Origin: Mizuhopecten yessoensis
Lineage: Eukaryota
Length of the DNA stretch: 64,000 nucleotides
Assembly: GCF_002113885.1 (NCBI RefSeq)
Contig: NW_018480078.1
Coordinates: forward strand, 2,448,749-2,512,748
Reading direction: 5' to 3'
Shown here in pieces: positions 12,401-24,950 of the stretch. Each line of letters begins with the position of its first letter. Within the stretch, counting starts at the first letter, position 1. A program made the translations under genes and the position numbers. Below the pieces are notes generated by a model. The model worked only from the letters and a program-made list of their open reading frames with translations. It had not been told where the DNA came from and searched no databases.

Positions 12401-15400
12401 ACATTTCTGAGAAACATCCTTTAGATTACCAAAGAAATAGGAATAAAAAAAGGTGTAACATTTCTGAGACACATCTTTTACATCATCCCTGTATACAACC
12501 CGTGCAACAGGAATCCATATAGGTGTAACCTTTCTGAGACACATCCTTTAGATAATCACTGTATACAACCAGTGCAACAGGAATCTATATAAGTGTAACC
12601 TTTCTGAGACACGTCCTTTAGATAATCCCTGTGTACAACCAGTGCAACAGGAATCTATATAAGTGTAACCTTTCTGAGACACGTCCTTTAGATAATCCCT
12701 GTATACAACCAGTGCAACAGGAATCTATATAAGTGTGACCTTTCTGAGACACGTCCGTTAGATAATCCCTGTATACAACCAGTGTAACAGGAATCTATAT
12801 AGGGGTAACCTTTCTGAGGCACGTCCTTTAGATTACCAAAGAAATAGGAATCAAGAAAGGTGTAACATTTCTGAGACACATCTTTTACATCATCCCGATA
12901 ATCCCTGTATACAACCAGTGTTATAGGAATCTATATAGGTGTAACCTTTCTGAGACACATCCTTTAGATAATCACTGTATACAACCAGTGCAACAGGAAT
13001 CTATATAAGTGTAACCTTTCTGAGACATGTCCTTTAGATAATCCCTGTATACAGCCAGTGAAATAGGAATCTATATAGGTGTAACCCTTCTGAGACACGT
13101 CCTTTAGATTGCCAAAGAAATAGGAATCAAGAAAGGTGTAACATTTCTGAGACACGTCCTTTAGATCACCAAAGAAATAGGAATCAAGCAAGGTGTAACA
13201 TTTCTGAGACACGTCCTTTAGATTGCCAAAGAAATAGGAATCAAGAAGGGTGTAACATTTCTGAGACACGTCCTTTAGATCACCAAAGAAATAGGAATCA
13301 AGAAAGGTGTAACATTTCTGAGACACGTCCTTTAGATTACCCAAGAAATAGGAATCAAGAAAGGTGTAACATTTCTGAGACACGTCCTTTAGATAATCCT
13401 TGTATACAACCAGTGTAATAGCAATCTATTTAGGTGTAACCTTTCTGAGACGCGTCCTTTAGATTACCAAAGAAATAGAAATCAAGCAAGGTGTAACATT
13501 TCTGAGACACGTCCTTTAGATTACCCAAGAAATAGGAATCAAGAAAGGTGTAACATTTCTGAGACACGTCCTTTAGATCACCAAAGAAATAGGAATCAAG
13601 CAAGGTGTAACATTTCTGAGACACGTCCTTTAGATCACCAAAGAAATAGGAATCAAGCAAGGTGTAACATTTCTGAGACACGTCCTTTAGATTGCCAAAG
13701 AAATAGGAATCAAGAAGGGTGTAACATTTCTGAGACACGTCCTTTAGATAATCCTTGTATACAACCAGTGTAATAGCAATCTATTTAGGTGTAACCTTTC
13801 TGAGACATGTCCTTTAGCTAATCCCTGTATACAACCAGTGTTATAGGAAGCTATATAGGTGTATCTTTTCTGAGACACGTCCTTTAGATTGCCAAAGAAA
13901 TAGGAATCAAGAAGGGTGTAACATTTCTGAGACACGTCCTTTAGATCACCAAAGAAATAGGAATCAAGAAGGGTGTAACATTTCTGAGACACGTCCTTTA
14001 GATAATCCTTGTATACAACCAGTGTAATAGGAAGCTATATAGGTGTATCTTTTCTGAGACACGTCCTTTAGATCACCAAAGAAATAGGAATCAAGAAAGG
14101 TGTAACATTTCTGAGACACGTCCTTTAGATAATCCCTGTATAAAACCAGTGTTATAGGAATCGATATAGGTGTAACCTTTCTGAGACACATCCTTTAGAT
14201 AATCCCTGTGTACAACAAGTGTAACAGGAATCTATATAAGTGTAACCTTTCTGAGACACATCTTTTACATCATCGCTGTATACAACCCGTGCAACAGGAA
14301 TCTATATATGTGTAACCTTTCTGAGACACATCTTTTACATCATCCCTGTATACAACCAGTGTAATAGGAATCTATATAGGTGTAACCTTTCTGAGACACG
14401 TCCCTTAGCTAATCCCTGTATACAACCAGTGTAATAGCAATCTATTTAGGTGTAACCTTTCTGAGACACATCCTTTAGATAATCCCTGTATACAACCAGT
14501 GTAACAGGAATCTATATAGGTGTAACCTTTCTGAGACACGTCCTTTAGCTAATCCCTGTATACAACCAGTGTAATAGCAATCTATTTAGGTGTAACCTTT
14601 CTGAGACACATCCTTTAGATAATCCCTGTATCCAACCAGTGTAACAGGAATCTATATAGGTGCCCCCTTTCTGAGACACGTCCTTTAGCTAATCCCTGTA
14701 TCCAACCAGTGTAATAGCAATCTATTTAGGTGTAACCTTTCTGAGACACATCCTTTAGATAATCCCTGTGTACAACAAGTGTAACAGGAATCTATATAAG
14801 TGTAACCTTTCTGAGACACGTCCTTTAGCTAATCCCTGTATACAACCAGTGTAATAGCAATCTATTTAGGTGTAACCTTTCTGAGACACATCCTTTAGAT
14901 AATTCCTGTATACAACCAGTGTAATAGGAATCTATATAGGTGTAAACTTTCTGAGACACATCCTTTAGATAATCCCTGTGTACAACAAGTGTAACAGGAA
15001 TCTATATAAGTGTAACCTTTCTGAGACACATCTTTTACATCATCCCACAACAAGTGTAACAGGAATCTATATAAGTGTAACCTTTCTGAGACACATCTTT
15101 TACATCATCGCTGTATACAACCCGTGCAACAGGAATCTATATAGGTGTAACCTTTCTAAGACACATCCTTTAGATAATCCCTGTATACGACCAGTGTAAC
15201 AGGAATCTATATAGGTGTAACCCTTCTGAGACACATCTTTTACATCATCCCTGTATACAACCCGTGCAACAGGAATCTATATAACCTTTCTGAGACACAT
15301 CTTTTACATCATCCCACAAGAAGTGTAACAGGAATCTATATAAGTGTAACCTTTCTGAGACACATCTTTTACATCATCCCTGTATACAACCTGTGCAACA

Positions 15401-17485
15401 GGAATCTATATAGGTGTAACCTTTCTAAGACACATCCTTTAGATAATCCCTGTATACAACCTGTGCAACAGGAATCTATATAGGTGTAACCTTTCTGAGA
15501 CATGTCTTTTACATCATCCCTGTATACAACCCGTGCAACAGGAATCTATATAACCTTTCTGAGACACATCTTTTACATCATCGCTGTATACAACCCGTGC
15601 AACAGGAATCTATATAGGGGTAACCTTTCTGAGACACATCCTTTAGATAATTCCTGTATACAACCAGTGTAATAGGAATCTATATAGGTGTAACTTTTCT
15701 GAGACACGTCCTTTAGATTACCAAAGAAATAGGAATCAAGAAAGGTGTAACATTTCTGAGACAAATCTTTTACATCCTCGCTGTATACAACCCGTGCAAC
15801 AGGAATCTATATAGGGGTAACCTTTCTGAGACACATCCTTTAGATAATCCCTGTGTACAACAAGTGTAACAGGAATCTATATAAGTGTAACCTTTCTGAG
15901 ACACATCTTTTACATCATCGCTGTATACAACCCGTGCAACAGGAATCTATATAGGTGTAACCTTTCTAAGACACATCCTTTAGATAATCCCTGTATACAA
16001 CCTGTGCAACAGGAATCTATATAGGTGTAACCTTTCTAAGACACATCCTTTAGATAATCCCTGTATACAACCCGTGCATCAGGAATCTATATAGGTGTAA
16101 CCTTTCTGAGAAACATCCTTTAGATAATCCCTGTATACAACCCGTGCATCAGGAATCTATATAGGTGTAACCTTTCTGAGAAACATCCTTTAGATAATCC
16201 CTGTATACAACCCGTGCAACAGGAATCTATATAGGGGTAACCTTTCTGAGACACATCTTTTACATCATCGCTGTATACAACCCGTGCAACAGGAATCTAT
16301 ATAGGGGTAACCTTTCTGAGACACATCTTTTACATCATCCCACAACAAGTGTAACAGGAATCTATATAAGTGTAACCTTTCTGAGACACATCTTTTACAT
16401 CATCCCACAAGAAGTGTAACAGGAATCTATATAAGTGTAACCTTTCTGAGACACGTCCTTTAGCTAATCCCTGTATACAACCAGTGTAATAGCAATCTAT
16501 TTAGGTGTAACCTTTCTGAGACACATCCTTTAGATAATCCCTGTATCCAACCAGTGTAACAGGAATCTATATAGGTGTAACCTATCTGAGACACGTCCTT
16601 TAGATTACCAAAGAAATAGGAATCAAGAAAGGTGTAACATTTCTGAGACAAATCTTTTACATCCTCGCTGTATACAACCCGTGCAACAGGAATCTATATA
16701 GGTGTAACCTTTCTGAGAAACATCCTTTAGATAATCCCTGTATACAACCTGTGCAACAGGAATCTATATAGGTGTAACCTTTCTAAGACACATCCTTTAG
16801 ATAATCCCTGTATACAACCCGTGCAACAGGAATCTATATAACCTTTCTGAGACACATCTTTTACATCATCGCTGTATACAACCCGTGCAACAGGAATCTA
16901 TATAGGTGTAACCTTTCTAAGACACATCCTTTAGATAATCCCTGTATACAACCAGGGTACAGGAATCTATATAGGTGTAACCTTTCTGAGACACGTCTTT
17001 TACATCATCCCTGTATACAACCCGTGCAACAGGAATCTATATAGGTGTAACCTTTCTGAGACACGTCTTTTACATCATCCCTGTATACAACCTGTGCAAC
17101 AGGAATCTATATAGGTGTAACCTTTCTGAGACATGTCCTTTAGATAATCCCTGTATACAACCAGTGTAACAGGAATCTATATAAGTGTAACCTTTCTGAG
17201 ACACGTCCTTTAGATAATACCTGTATACAACCAGTGTAATAGGAATCTATATAGGTGTAACCTTTCTGAGACATGTCCTTTAGATAATCCCTGTATACAA
17301 CCAGTGTAACAGGAATCTATATAGGTGTAACCTTTCTGAGACATGTCCTTTAGATAATCCCTGTATACAACCAGTGTAACAGGAATCTATATAAGTGTAA
17401 CCTTTCTGAGACACGTCCTTTAGATAATACCTGTATACAACCAGTGTAATAGGAATCTATATACCAGATAGGTGTAACCTTTCCA
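12401..17485. repeat. About 5-kb complex satellite of 70-bp and 57-bp units sharing a core
   Basis: Core gtgtaac(c/a)tttctgagacac(g/a)tc(c/t)ttta alternates with gataatccctgtatacaaccagtgtaacaggaatctatata or gatcaccaaagaaataggaatcaagaa. Confidence 0.97.
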
Positions 17486-17522
17486 ATACACTTTCTTAAG
17501 AAACCTCATTACATTTAAGGAC

Positions 17523-17693
17523 ATGACAGAAACAACTGCACTGAGTGAGGAGGTACAGCCGGAGGTGAAATACTGTGGCAGATATAAATGTCCTTGGACA
17601 GATTGGGAATACCCAAATGGTGTTAACTTTGCCTTACGAAGTCTTATTCCTGATGAAAAATGGACTGATAAAAGTAACATACCAAGTGCGGAG
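17523..17693 (+). CDS. NAPEPLD: NAPE-PLD paralog 2, coding exon 1
   Basis: MTETT...GRYKCPWTDWEYP...SNIPSAE resembles the GRFxNPWxxW N-terminal motif. Donor GAG|gtgagt, phase 0. Start codon inferred. Confidence 0.85.
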
Positions 17694-18200
17694 GTGAGTT
17701 TTCAGTGACTTTCTAAGCAAAACATTAAGTTCATTTGTTAAAATCACATTTGCAATGTTTAGTTATGTCCATTCCTTTTCACTGCCATTTTGAGTTATAT
17801 TTTTCAATCATAAAATAATACCTTCATTATATACAGTCTGAATATAATTGGCACTGAGAATTAGAATTGAAATAATAATAGAAATTAAATGTATATATTT
17901 GGCAATCACGGCAAGGTAGGCGTACACAACAGAAATGTTATAGGCGCCAGATGGAGTTTGAAATTGGGCGTCCAGCATCATCAACAAGAAATAAAAAGTT
18001 GATTAGGCATGTATTAAATTGGTAAATAAATCAGATATTGTCGGATTAAATTTTGGCAAAAGTAAAAGGTTTTGTTGACTCAGTTTTCTTGTACATTTGG
18101 TAAATTTGGTACAGCTTGAATTTTAGGATTTGGTTGGTCCACATATTTAGATTCAAACTTGATGTGTCGACGTTATAGCAAAGTCTGGCTTTTTTCATTA

Positions 18201-18389
18201 TATTCCGTCTTTGCGTATTGCAGAGTCATCTTCTCTTGTGAGCAGGTATTGATTGTTACGTCATTGGTTTGGGAGAGTAACGTCATCAATTTTTGAGAAA
18301 ACGACTTAATTTTCTCACACAAACCAATGACGTAACATTAATACCTGCTCACAAGAGAAGATAACTCTGCAATACACCAAGACGGAATA
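18201..18389. mobile_element. About 190-bp palindromic MITE
   Basis: tattccgtctttgcgtattgcagag ... ctctgcaatacaccaagacggaata. Near-identical copy at 25369-25559. Confidence 0.88.
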
Positions 18390-18712
18390 ATACTACTAAC
18401 GTTCTTTTTATTAACGGAACTTTTATGAGTGAAATTTCTCGCTGTTTCAAAATGTAATCACAGTCCTTTCATTTTGAAAACATTGAAAATTACAACTTAT
18501 AAATCGAACTGAAGGAAAGTATCTTTACATTATAATTAAAATGTAAACATAGGCCTGTGTCAAAGAAAAATGGTATGTACGATTCGTGTTGATGTTTTTG
18601 GTGCATGTTTTTGTAAACATACTTGTCAGAGTTTCTTGATAGTTCTGTATATTTATAACTCAAGACGTGTCCATTTCCTACAAGTTTTGTATACTGTATA
18701 TATATAATTCAG

Positions 18713-19204
18713 GATCTGGACTGTAAACTACCAGTGCAGGATCCAGATTTCGACAAATTGAAGAATCCGCCTACTTCTGGCGTCCAGGCCACGTGGATTG
18801 GTCATGCCACTGTGTTAGTCCAGCTAGACGGTATCACTGTACTGACCGACCCAGTCTTCAGTGATTGTACAGGGCCTGTACTAATCGGATACAGACGTTA
18901 CCGTCGGCCAGCGTGCTTAGTCGATAAACTGCCACCCATCAACGCTGTGATTATTAGTCATAACCATTATGACCATCTTGATGTTCACTCTGTGCAAAAA
19001 CTCAACGAGAAATTTGGAGAAAAATTAGTTTGGTATGTTCCGAAGGGGATCAAGACTTGGATGGAATCAATGGGATGTGGAAATGTTGTGGAGCTGTCGT
19101 GGTGGGAGGAACACCCAGATTGTAATGACCAAAAAGAAGATGTAACATTTGCACTGACACCAGCACAGCACTGGAGTGGACGTACTCTTCTTGATACAAA
19201 TAGG
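18713..19204 (+). CDS. NAPEPLD: NAPE-PLD paralog 2, coding exon 2 (metallo-beta-lactamase core)
   Basis: ttcag|GAT acceptor and AGG|gtaagt donor. Contains TWIGHATVL, LTDPVFS, ISHNHYDHLD (HxHxDH) and PAQHW. Confidence 0.96.
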
Positions 19205-19595
19205 GTAAGTGTCTGTCCCCATGGGATGTACTAATAAGATAAGTGTCTGTCCCCATGTGATGTACCAATAAGGTAAGTGTCTGTCCCCATGTGATGTCCC
19301 AATAAGGTAAGTGTCTGTCCCCATGTGATGTACCAATAAGGTTAGTGTCTGTCCCCATGTGATGTACCAATAAGGTTAGTGTCTGTCCCCATGTGATGTA
19401 CCAATAAGGTAAGTGTATGTCCCCATGTGATGTACCAATAAGGTTAGTGTCTGTCCCCATGTGATGTACCAATAAGGTTAGTGTCTGTCCCCATGTGATG
19501 TACCAATAAGGTTAGTGTCTGTCCCCATGTGATGTACCAATAAGGTTAGTGTCTGTCCCCATGGGATGTACCAATAAGGTAAGTCTTTGTCCCCA
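19205..19595 (+). repeat. 34-bp tandem array (about 11.5 copies) starting exactly at the splice donor
   Basis: Unit gt(a/t)agtgtctgtccccatgtgatgtaccaataag. Confidence 0.96.
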
Positions 19596-20823
19596 TTTTT
19601 ATACGCCCGTCGAAGACGGGGACGTATTATGTTATCACGTGAGCGGGCGGGCGGGCGNNNNNNNNNNNNNNNNNNNNNNNNNNNNNNNNNNNNNNNNNNN
19701 NNNNNNNNNNNNNNNNNNNNNNNNNNNNNNNNNNNNNNNNNNNNNNNNNNNNNNNNNNNNNNNNNNNNNNNNNNNNNNNNNNNNNNNNNNNNNNNNNNNN
19801 NNNNNNNNNNNNNNNNNNNNNNNNNNNNNNNNNNNNNNNNNNNNNNNNNNNNNNNNNNNNNNNNNNNNNNNNNNNNNNNNNNNNNNNNNNNNNNNNNNNN
19901 NNNNNNNNNNNNNNNNNNNNNNNNNNNNNNNNNNNNNNNNNNNNNNNNNNNNNNNNNNNNNNNNNNNNNNNNNNNNNNNNNNNNNNNNNNNNNNNNNNNN
20001 NNNNNNNNNNNNNNNNNNNNNNNNNNNNNNNNNNNNNNNNNNNNNNNNNNNNNNNNNNNNNNNNNNNNNNNNNNNNNNNNNNNNNNNNNNNNNNNNNNNN
20101 NNNNNNNNNNNNNNNNNNNNNNNNNNNNNNNNNNNNNNNNNNNNNNNNNNNNNNNNNNNNNNNNNNNNNNNNNNNNNNNNNNNNNNNNNNNNNNNNNNNN
20201 NNNNNNNNNNNNNNNNNNNNNNNNNNNNNNNNNNNNNNNNNNNNNNNNNNNNNNNNNNNNNNNNNNNNNNNNNNNNNNNNNNNNNNNNNNNNNNNNNNNN
20301 NNNNNNNNNNNNNNNNNNNNNNNNNNNNNNNNNNNNNNNNNNNNNNNNNNNNNNNNNNNNNNNNNNNNNNNNNNNNNNNNNNNNNNNNNNNNNNNNNNNN
20401 NNNNNNNNNNNNNNNNNNNNNNNNNNNNNNNNNNNNNNNNNNNNNNNNNNNNNNNNNNNNNNNNNNNNNNNNNNNNNNNNNNNNNNNNNNNNNNNNNNNN
20501 NNNNNNNNNNNNNNNNNNNNNNNNNNNNNNNNNNNNNNNNNNNNNNNNNNNNNNNNNNNNNNNNNNNNNNNNNNNNNNNNNNNNNNNNNNNNNNNNNNNN
20601 NNNNNNNNNNNNNNNNNNNNNTGGAGTTATTACCCTTGGTTTCATTAATGCGATGCATGCGTTCCATGATGTTGTATTGCACTCATTGATCTACCAGTTA
20701 TGTTGAATGATTTCTCTTTTAATATCAATTACTCACAAATACTTCATATATTTCAATCATACAAACAACTGCTCATTCAATGTGTGACGGGCGTATTATA
20801 TACCGCTCGCGGTAACCTTGTTT
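19596..20823 (+). mobile_element. Helentron-associated non-autonomous (HINE-like) element spanning the gap 19658-20621
   Basis: ttttt-atacgcccgtc 5' subterminal repeat, (GCGG)n microsatellite, complementary gacgggcgtat at 20786, 3' hairpin taccgctcgcggta, ending cttgttt. Confidence 0.7.
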
Positions 20824-20861
20824 GACAACTGGAAAGAGTAATTTCTTTTTTCACATTGTAG

Positions 20862-21010
20862 TCTCTGTGGGGAAGCTGGGTAATCAAGGGTCCTCGCCAT
20901 AGCTTCTTCTTTGCTGGCGATACTGGATACTGCGACGCATTCAGACAGATTGGGAAAAAGTATGGCCCCTTTGATCTGTCTGCGATACCTATTGGAGCCT
21001 ACTACCCAAG
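20862..21010 (+). CDS. NAPEPLD: NAPE-PLD paralog 2, coding exon 3
   Basis: tgtag|TCT acceptor and AG|gtaggt donor. Encodes [49 protein letters not shown]. Confidence 0.96.
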
Positions 21011-21421
21011 GTAGGTGACAGAAAATTGTGTTGTATTACATTGTATATAATTCACTGGCTTATATTTGGTCAACAGAGCTTAGATTTATCAAAGATTGTA
21101 CGATGAGTCTTTTTCCTCCACTGGAAAGCAACAAACTGTTATATTAAGCAAGACAACACACTGTAATATTGACCCAGACAACACACTGTAATATTGACCC
21201 AGACAACACACTGTAATATTGACCCAGACAACACACTTTGATAATTGCTTGCCTCATACACTTTGATCAATTATCAATGCTTAGAAAATGACATTCAGCA
21301 GAACTTGTTTGATAAAAATGAAATGCTATAGAAATAATAGAATCTGAAGATTGCATTATACAGCTGATTTTGAGGAAAGAAAAACAAAAAAGTCTGATTT
21401 TTTCAACTTATGTCATTGCAG

Positions 21422-21536
21422 ACATTTCATGGGGCCACAGCATATTGACCCGAAGCAAGCTGTCGACATTCACCAGGATATTAAGTCTAAGAATTCCCTA
21501 GGGATCCACTGGGGAACCTTCAAACTCACAAAGGAG
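21422..21536 (+). CDS. NAPEPLD: NAPE-PLD paralog 2, coding exon 4
   Basis: tgcag|A acceptor and GAG|gtaacc donor. Encodes HFMGPQHIDPKQAVDIHQDIKSKNSLGIHWGTFKLTKE. Confidence 0.96.
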
Positions 21537-21754
21537 GTAACCATGGAAACATTTATGTGTCTGTTATATCAAATTACTGTATACTGGGGAATTTTTGCCC
21601 CATCAAACTTTTGCCCTTCGCCAGTAAAATCCATGTTCGCCCAGTTTTCATTTAACCCTTCACATTCAATTACTATGTATATTATACTGTTTAATAATGT
21701 TCACTGTACTGATGAACTTGACCTCATTAAGGAGGGTGAAAAGGCACAAATTAA

Positions 21755-23490
21755 ACCTTCGGGCCAGGTGAGCTTATCCCATGCTGCAGCGTCCGTCGTC
21801 CGTCAACTTTTTCCTTTGAAATGCTACTTGTCCTGAACGACTCAGAGGATTTTGACCAAATTTGGTCTGGAGCATCATTGGCCAAAGGGTTCTCAGTTTT
21901 GTGTAAACGGAGGGTATGGTCCCCCTGGGGGCAGAGGGACTAGGCCAAATAGGGGGAAAATAGGTAAATCTTCAAAAATCTTCTCCTTCTCAACCAATCG
22001 AAGGATTTTGACCAAATTTGTCCGAGAGCATCTTTAGACAAAGGAGACTCAAGTTTGTATAAACGGAGGGGGTGGCCCCTCTGGGGGCATAGGGGTGGGG
22101 CCCAATAGGGGAAATAGAGGATTTCTTTCTCCTACTATACAAGTAAAGGGATTTAAACCAAATGCAGTCTGAAGCATGATTAGGGACAAAAGAATCAAAT
22201 TTGTATAAACTGAGGTGTGTGGGAAATAGAGGAAAACATCAAAGATCCTTCTCCTTTTGTACCGATGAAGGGATTTTGACCAAATTTGGTCTGGAGCATC
22301 ATTGGCCAAAGGGTTCTCAGTTTTGTATAAACAGAGGGTATGATCCCCCTGGGGGCAGAGGGGCGGGGCCAAATAAGGGGAAAATAGGTAAATCTTTAAA
22401 AATCTTCTTCTCAACCATTAGAAGGATTTTATCCAAATTTGTTCTTTTGTGCTCTATTCGTTAATTAGTTACCTGTACAATACAGGCCGCAATACAAAAT
22501 TCTGGTGTACATATACAAGGCACTGAATGGAACAGCTCCTCAGTGCATACAGGAGCTTGTTACCCTGTATCAGACGTCACGATCACTGCGGTCGGAGTCA
22601 GAATCTTTGTTGTGTGTCCCAAAATCTCGTACTGTGACCTACGGAAACAGATGCTTTGGAAGGGTTTCGGCTACGTTGTGGAAAAGCTTACCATCTGCAA
22701 TTAGAAAGTCCAATACCCTGGCCAAGTTCAAGAGGGACATCAAAACTCACCTCTTCACGTCTGCATTTTAGAATCTTTGCAAAGACGTTATGTAAATACC
22801 ACCCTTTTCAATCATGTGCACATTGCTTGCTTAAATGTATAAAAGTGATTGTAAGCCTTTGTTTTTTTGTTTTCACAATTATGACCATTACTATTATCCA
22901 TATGTTGTAAAGCGCTTTTGAGTAATTTTACAAATTATATAGGGCGCTATATAAATGTTGTATATTATTATTATTATTAGAGCATCTTTGGACAAAGGAG
23001 CCTCAAGTTTGTATAAACGGAGATGTGAGCCCTCTGGGGGCATAGGGGTGGGGCCCAATAGGGGAAATAGTGGGTTTTTTTCTCCTACTATACAAGTGAA
23101 GGGATTTAAACCAAATGCAGTCCGAAGCATGCTTAGGGACAAAAGAATCAATTTTGTTTAAACTGAGGTGTGTGGACCCCTTTCTTTGGGGCAGATGAGT
23201 GGGGCCCATTAGGGGAAATAAAGGAAAACATTAAAGATCCTTCTCCTTCTGTACCCTTGAAGGGATTTTAACCTAACCAAGCTTGTTCTAGAGAATCTTT
23301 GGGCAAAGGGAATTGAATATTTATAAATGAAAAGATGTGGTCTTTCCCACCAAAACAGATTTATATGTAGTTCTTCTTGCAACTTTGTTTCTTGTACTCC
23401 TTTGATAAACCTGAATGGTACTCAGCAGGTTTTAAATTGAAAAATAAAATACCAGGTGAGCTATTAATAAGGCCCCTGGGACTCTTGTCT
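21755..23490 (+). mobile_element. HINE-like element with internal tandem core repeats
   Basis: caggtgagct at both ends, cgtccgtcgtccgtc microsatellite, repeated cores (gattttgaccaaatttggtctggagcatc...), 3' end ggcccctgggactcttgt. Confidence 0.7.
22445..22978 (+). mobile_element. 5'-truncated L2-like LINE 3' end nested in the HINE-like element
   Basis: Encodes YKALNGTAP...RSLRS...LWKSLP...FKRDIKTHLF followed by gcgctatataaat and an (ATT)n tail. Interrupts a core repeat between ccaaatttgttct and agagcatc. Confidence 0.8.
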
Positions 23491-23717
23491 TTCAAAATGA
23501 CTGTTATTTTACATGGTTCAAGTTAACAACCAAAAAATTGTAAAACAATCAAACTGTTCTTATGAATCCCGTCCTGATTATCTTGACGCAATATTCTGAA
23601 AAAAACCAAAATATTTCAAAAGTGACCACAATGATCTATCTGGAGCTAATGAATTAATGAAAACAATGAAATACATATAATTTTAGTAAGTGTATCATTT
23701 GATTTCCTTTGTTTTAG

Positions 23718-23864
23718 TACTACCTTGAACCAAAAGAGGAGCTGGAAAGAGATGTAAAGAAGGCTGGGCTGTCAGAGAATTCATTTGTGACCATTAAACA
23801 TGGTGAAACAAAGACTTTTGGGGAAACAGAAACATCATTGTCAAATATCAATGTTTCCTCTTGA
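23718..23864 (+). CDS. NAPEPLD: NAPE-PLD paralog 2, last coding exon
   Basis: tttag|TAC acceptor. Encodes YYLEPKEELERDVKKAGLSENSFVTIKHGETKTFGETETSLSNINVSS-stop. The spliced CDS is in frame (357 aa). Confidence 0.94.
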   Translation, partial: YYLEPKEELERDVKKAGLSENSFVTIKHGETKTFGETETSLSNINVSS

Positions 23865-23874
23865 AACACAGAAA

Positions 23875-24950
23875 ATGAATATCATTGATAAAAACGTGGG
23901 CGTTTGGAGGCGTTGAATGTCACTGACCATAAAACACAGTAAGAGAAGGATATTTGGAGGAATTGAACATCGTTGACCATATATAAAACACAGCAAAACA
24001 AGGGCGTCTAGAAGGAATGAACATCATCAATCATAGAATCGATAAAACAAGGGCATTTGGGAGGAATTGAACATCATTGAACATAAAACACAGCAAAACA
24101 AGGACGTCTAGAGGGATTAGCATCATTTATCATAAAACACAGCAAAACTAGGACGTCTAGAGGGATTGAACATCATTGATCATAGAATCAGTAAAACAAG
24201 TGCATTTGGGAGGAATTGAACATCATTGAACATAAAACACAGCAAAACAAGGACGTCTAGAGGGATTAGCATCATTTATCATAAAACACAGCAAAACTAG
24301 GACGTCTAGAGGGATTGAACATCATTGAACATAGAATCAGTAAAACAAGGGCATTTGGGAGGAATTGAACATCATTTATCATAAAACAAAGCAAAACAAG
24401 GACGTCTAGAGGGATTAGCATCATTTATCATAAAACACAGCAAAACAAGGGCGTCTAGAAGGAATGAACATCATCAATCATAGAATCGATAAAACAAGGG
24501 CATTTGGGAGGAATTGAACATCATTGAACATAAAACACAGCAAAACAAGGACGTCTAGAGGGAATGAACATCATCGATCATAGAATCGGTAAAACAAGGG
24601 CATTTGGGAGGAATTGAACATCATTGAACATAAAACACAGCAAAACAAGGACGTCTAGAGGGAATGAACATCATCGATCATAGAATCGGTAAAACAAGGG
24701 CATTTGGGACGAATTGAACATCATTTATCATAAAACAAAGCAAAACAAGGACGTCTAGAGGGATTAGCATCATTTATCATAAAACACAGCAAAACTAGGA
24801 CGTCTAGAGGGATTGAACATCATTGATCATAGAATCAGTAAAACAAGGGCATTTGGGAGGAATTGAACATCATTGACCATAAAACACAGCAAAACAAGGA
24901 CGTCTAGAGGGAATGAACATCATCGAACATAGAATCAGTAAAACAAACAC
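23875..24950 (+). repeat. About 50-bp tandem array with two interspersed variants, directly after the stop codon
   Basis: tcattgaacataaaacacagcaaaacaaggacgtctagagggaatgaaca and tcatcgatcatagaatcggtaaaacaagggcatttgggaggaattgaaca. Confidence 0.95.

Noticed and set aside
12688-16651. Minus-strand ORFs with 19-aa repeats (SQKCYTLLDSYFFGNLKDV)
   Set aside because: By-product of the 57-bp satellite unit, broken wherever 70-bp units occur.
12401-17485. CRISPR-like repeat/spacer appearance
   Set aside because: The spacers are themselves repeats of a few types, the context is eukaryotic and there are no cas genes.
19549-20706. Long ORFs of 336-385 aa
   Set aside because: Artefacts of the N gap.
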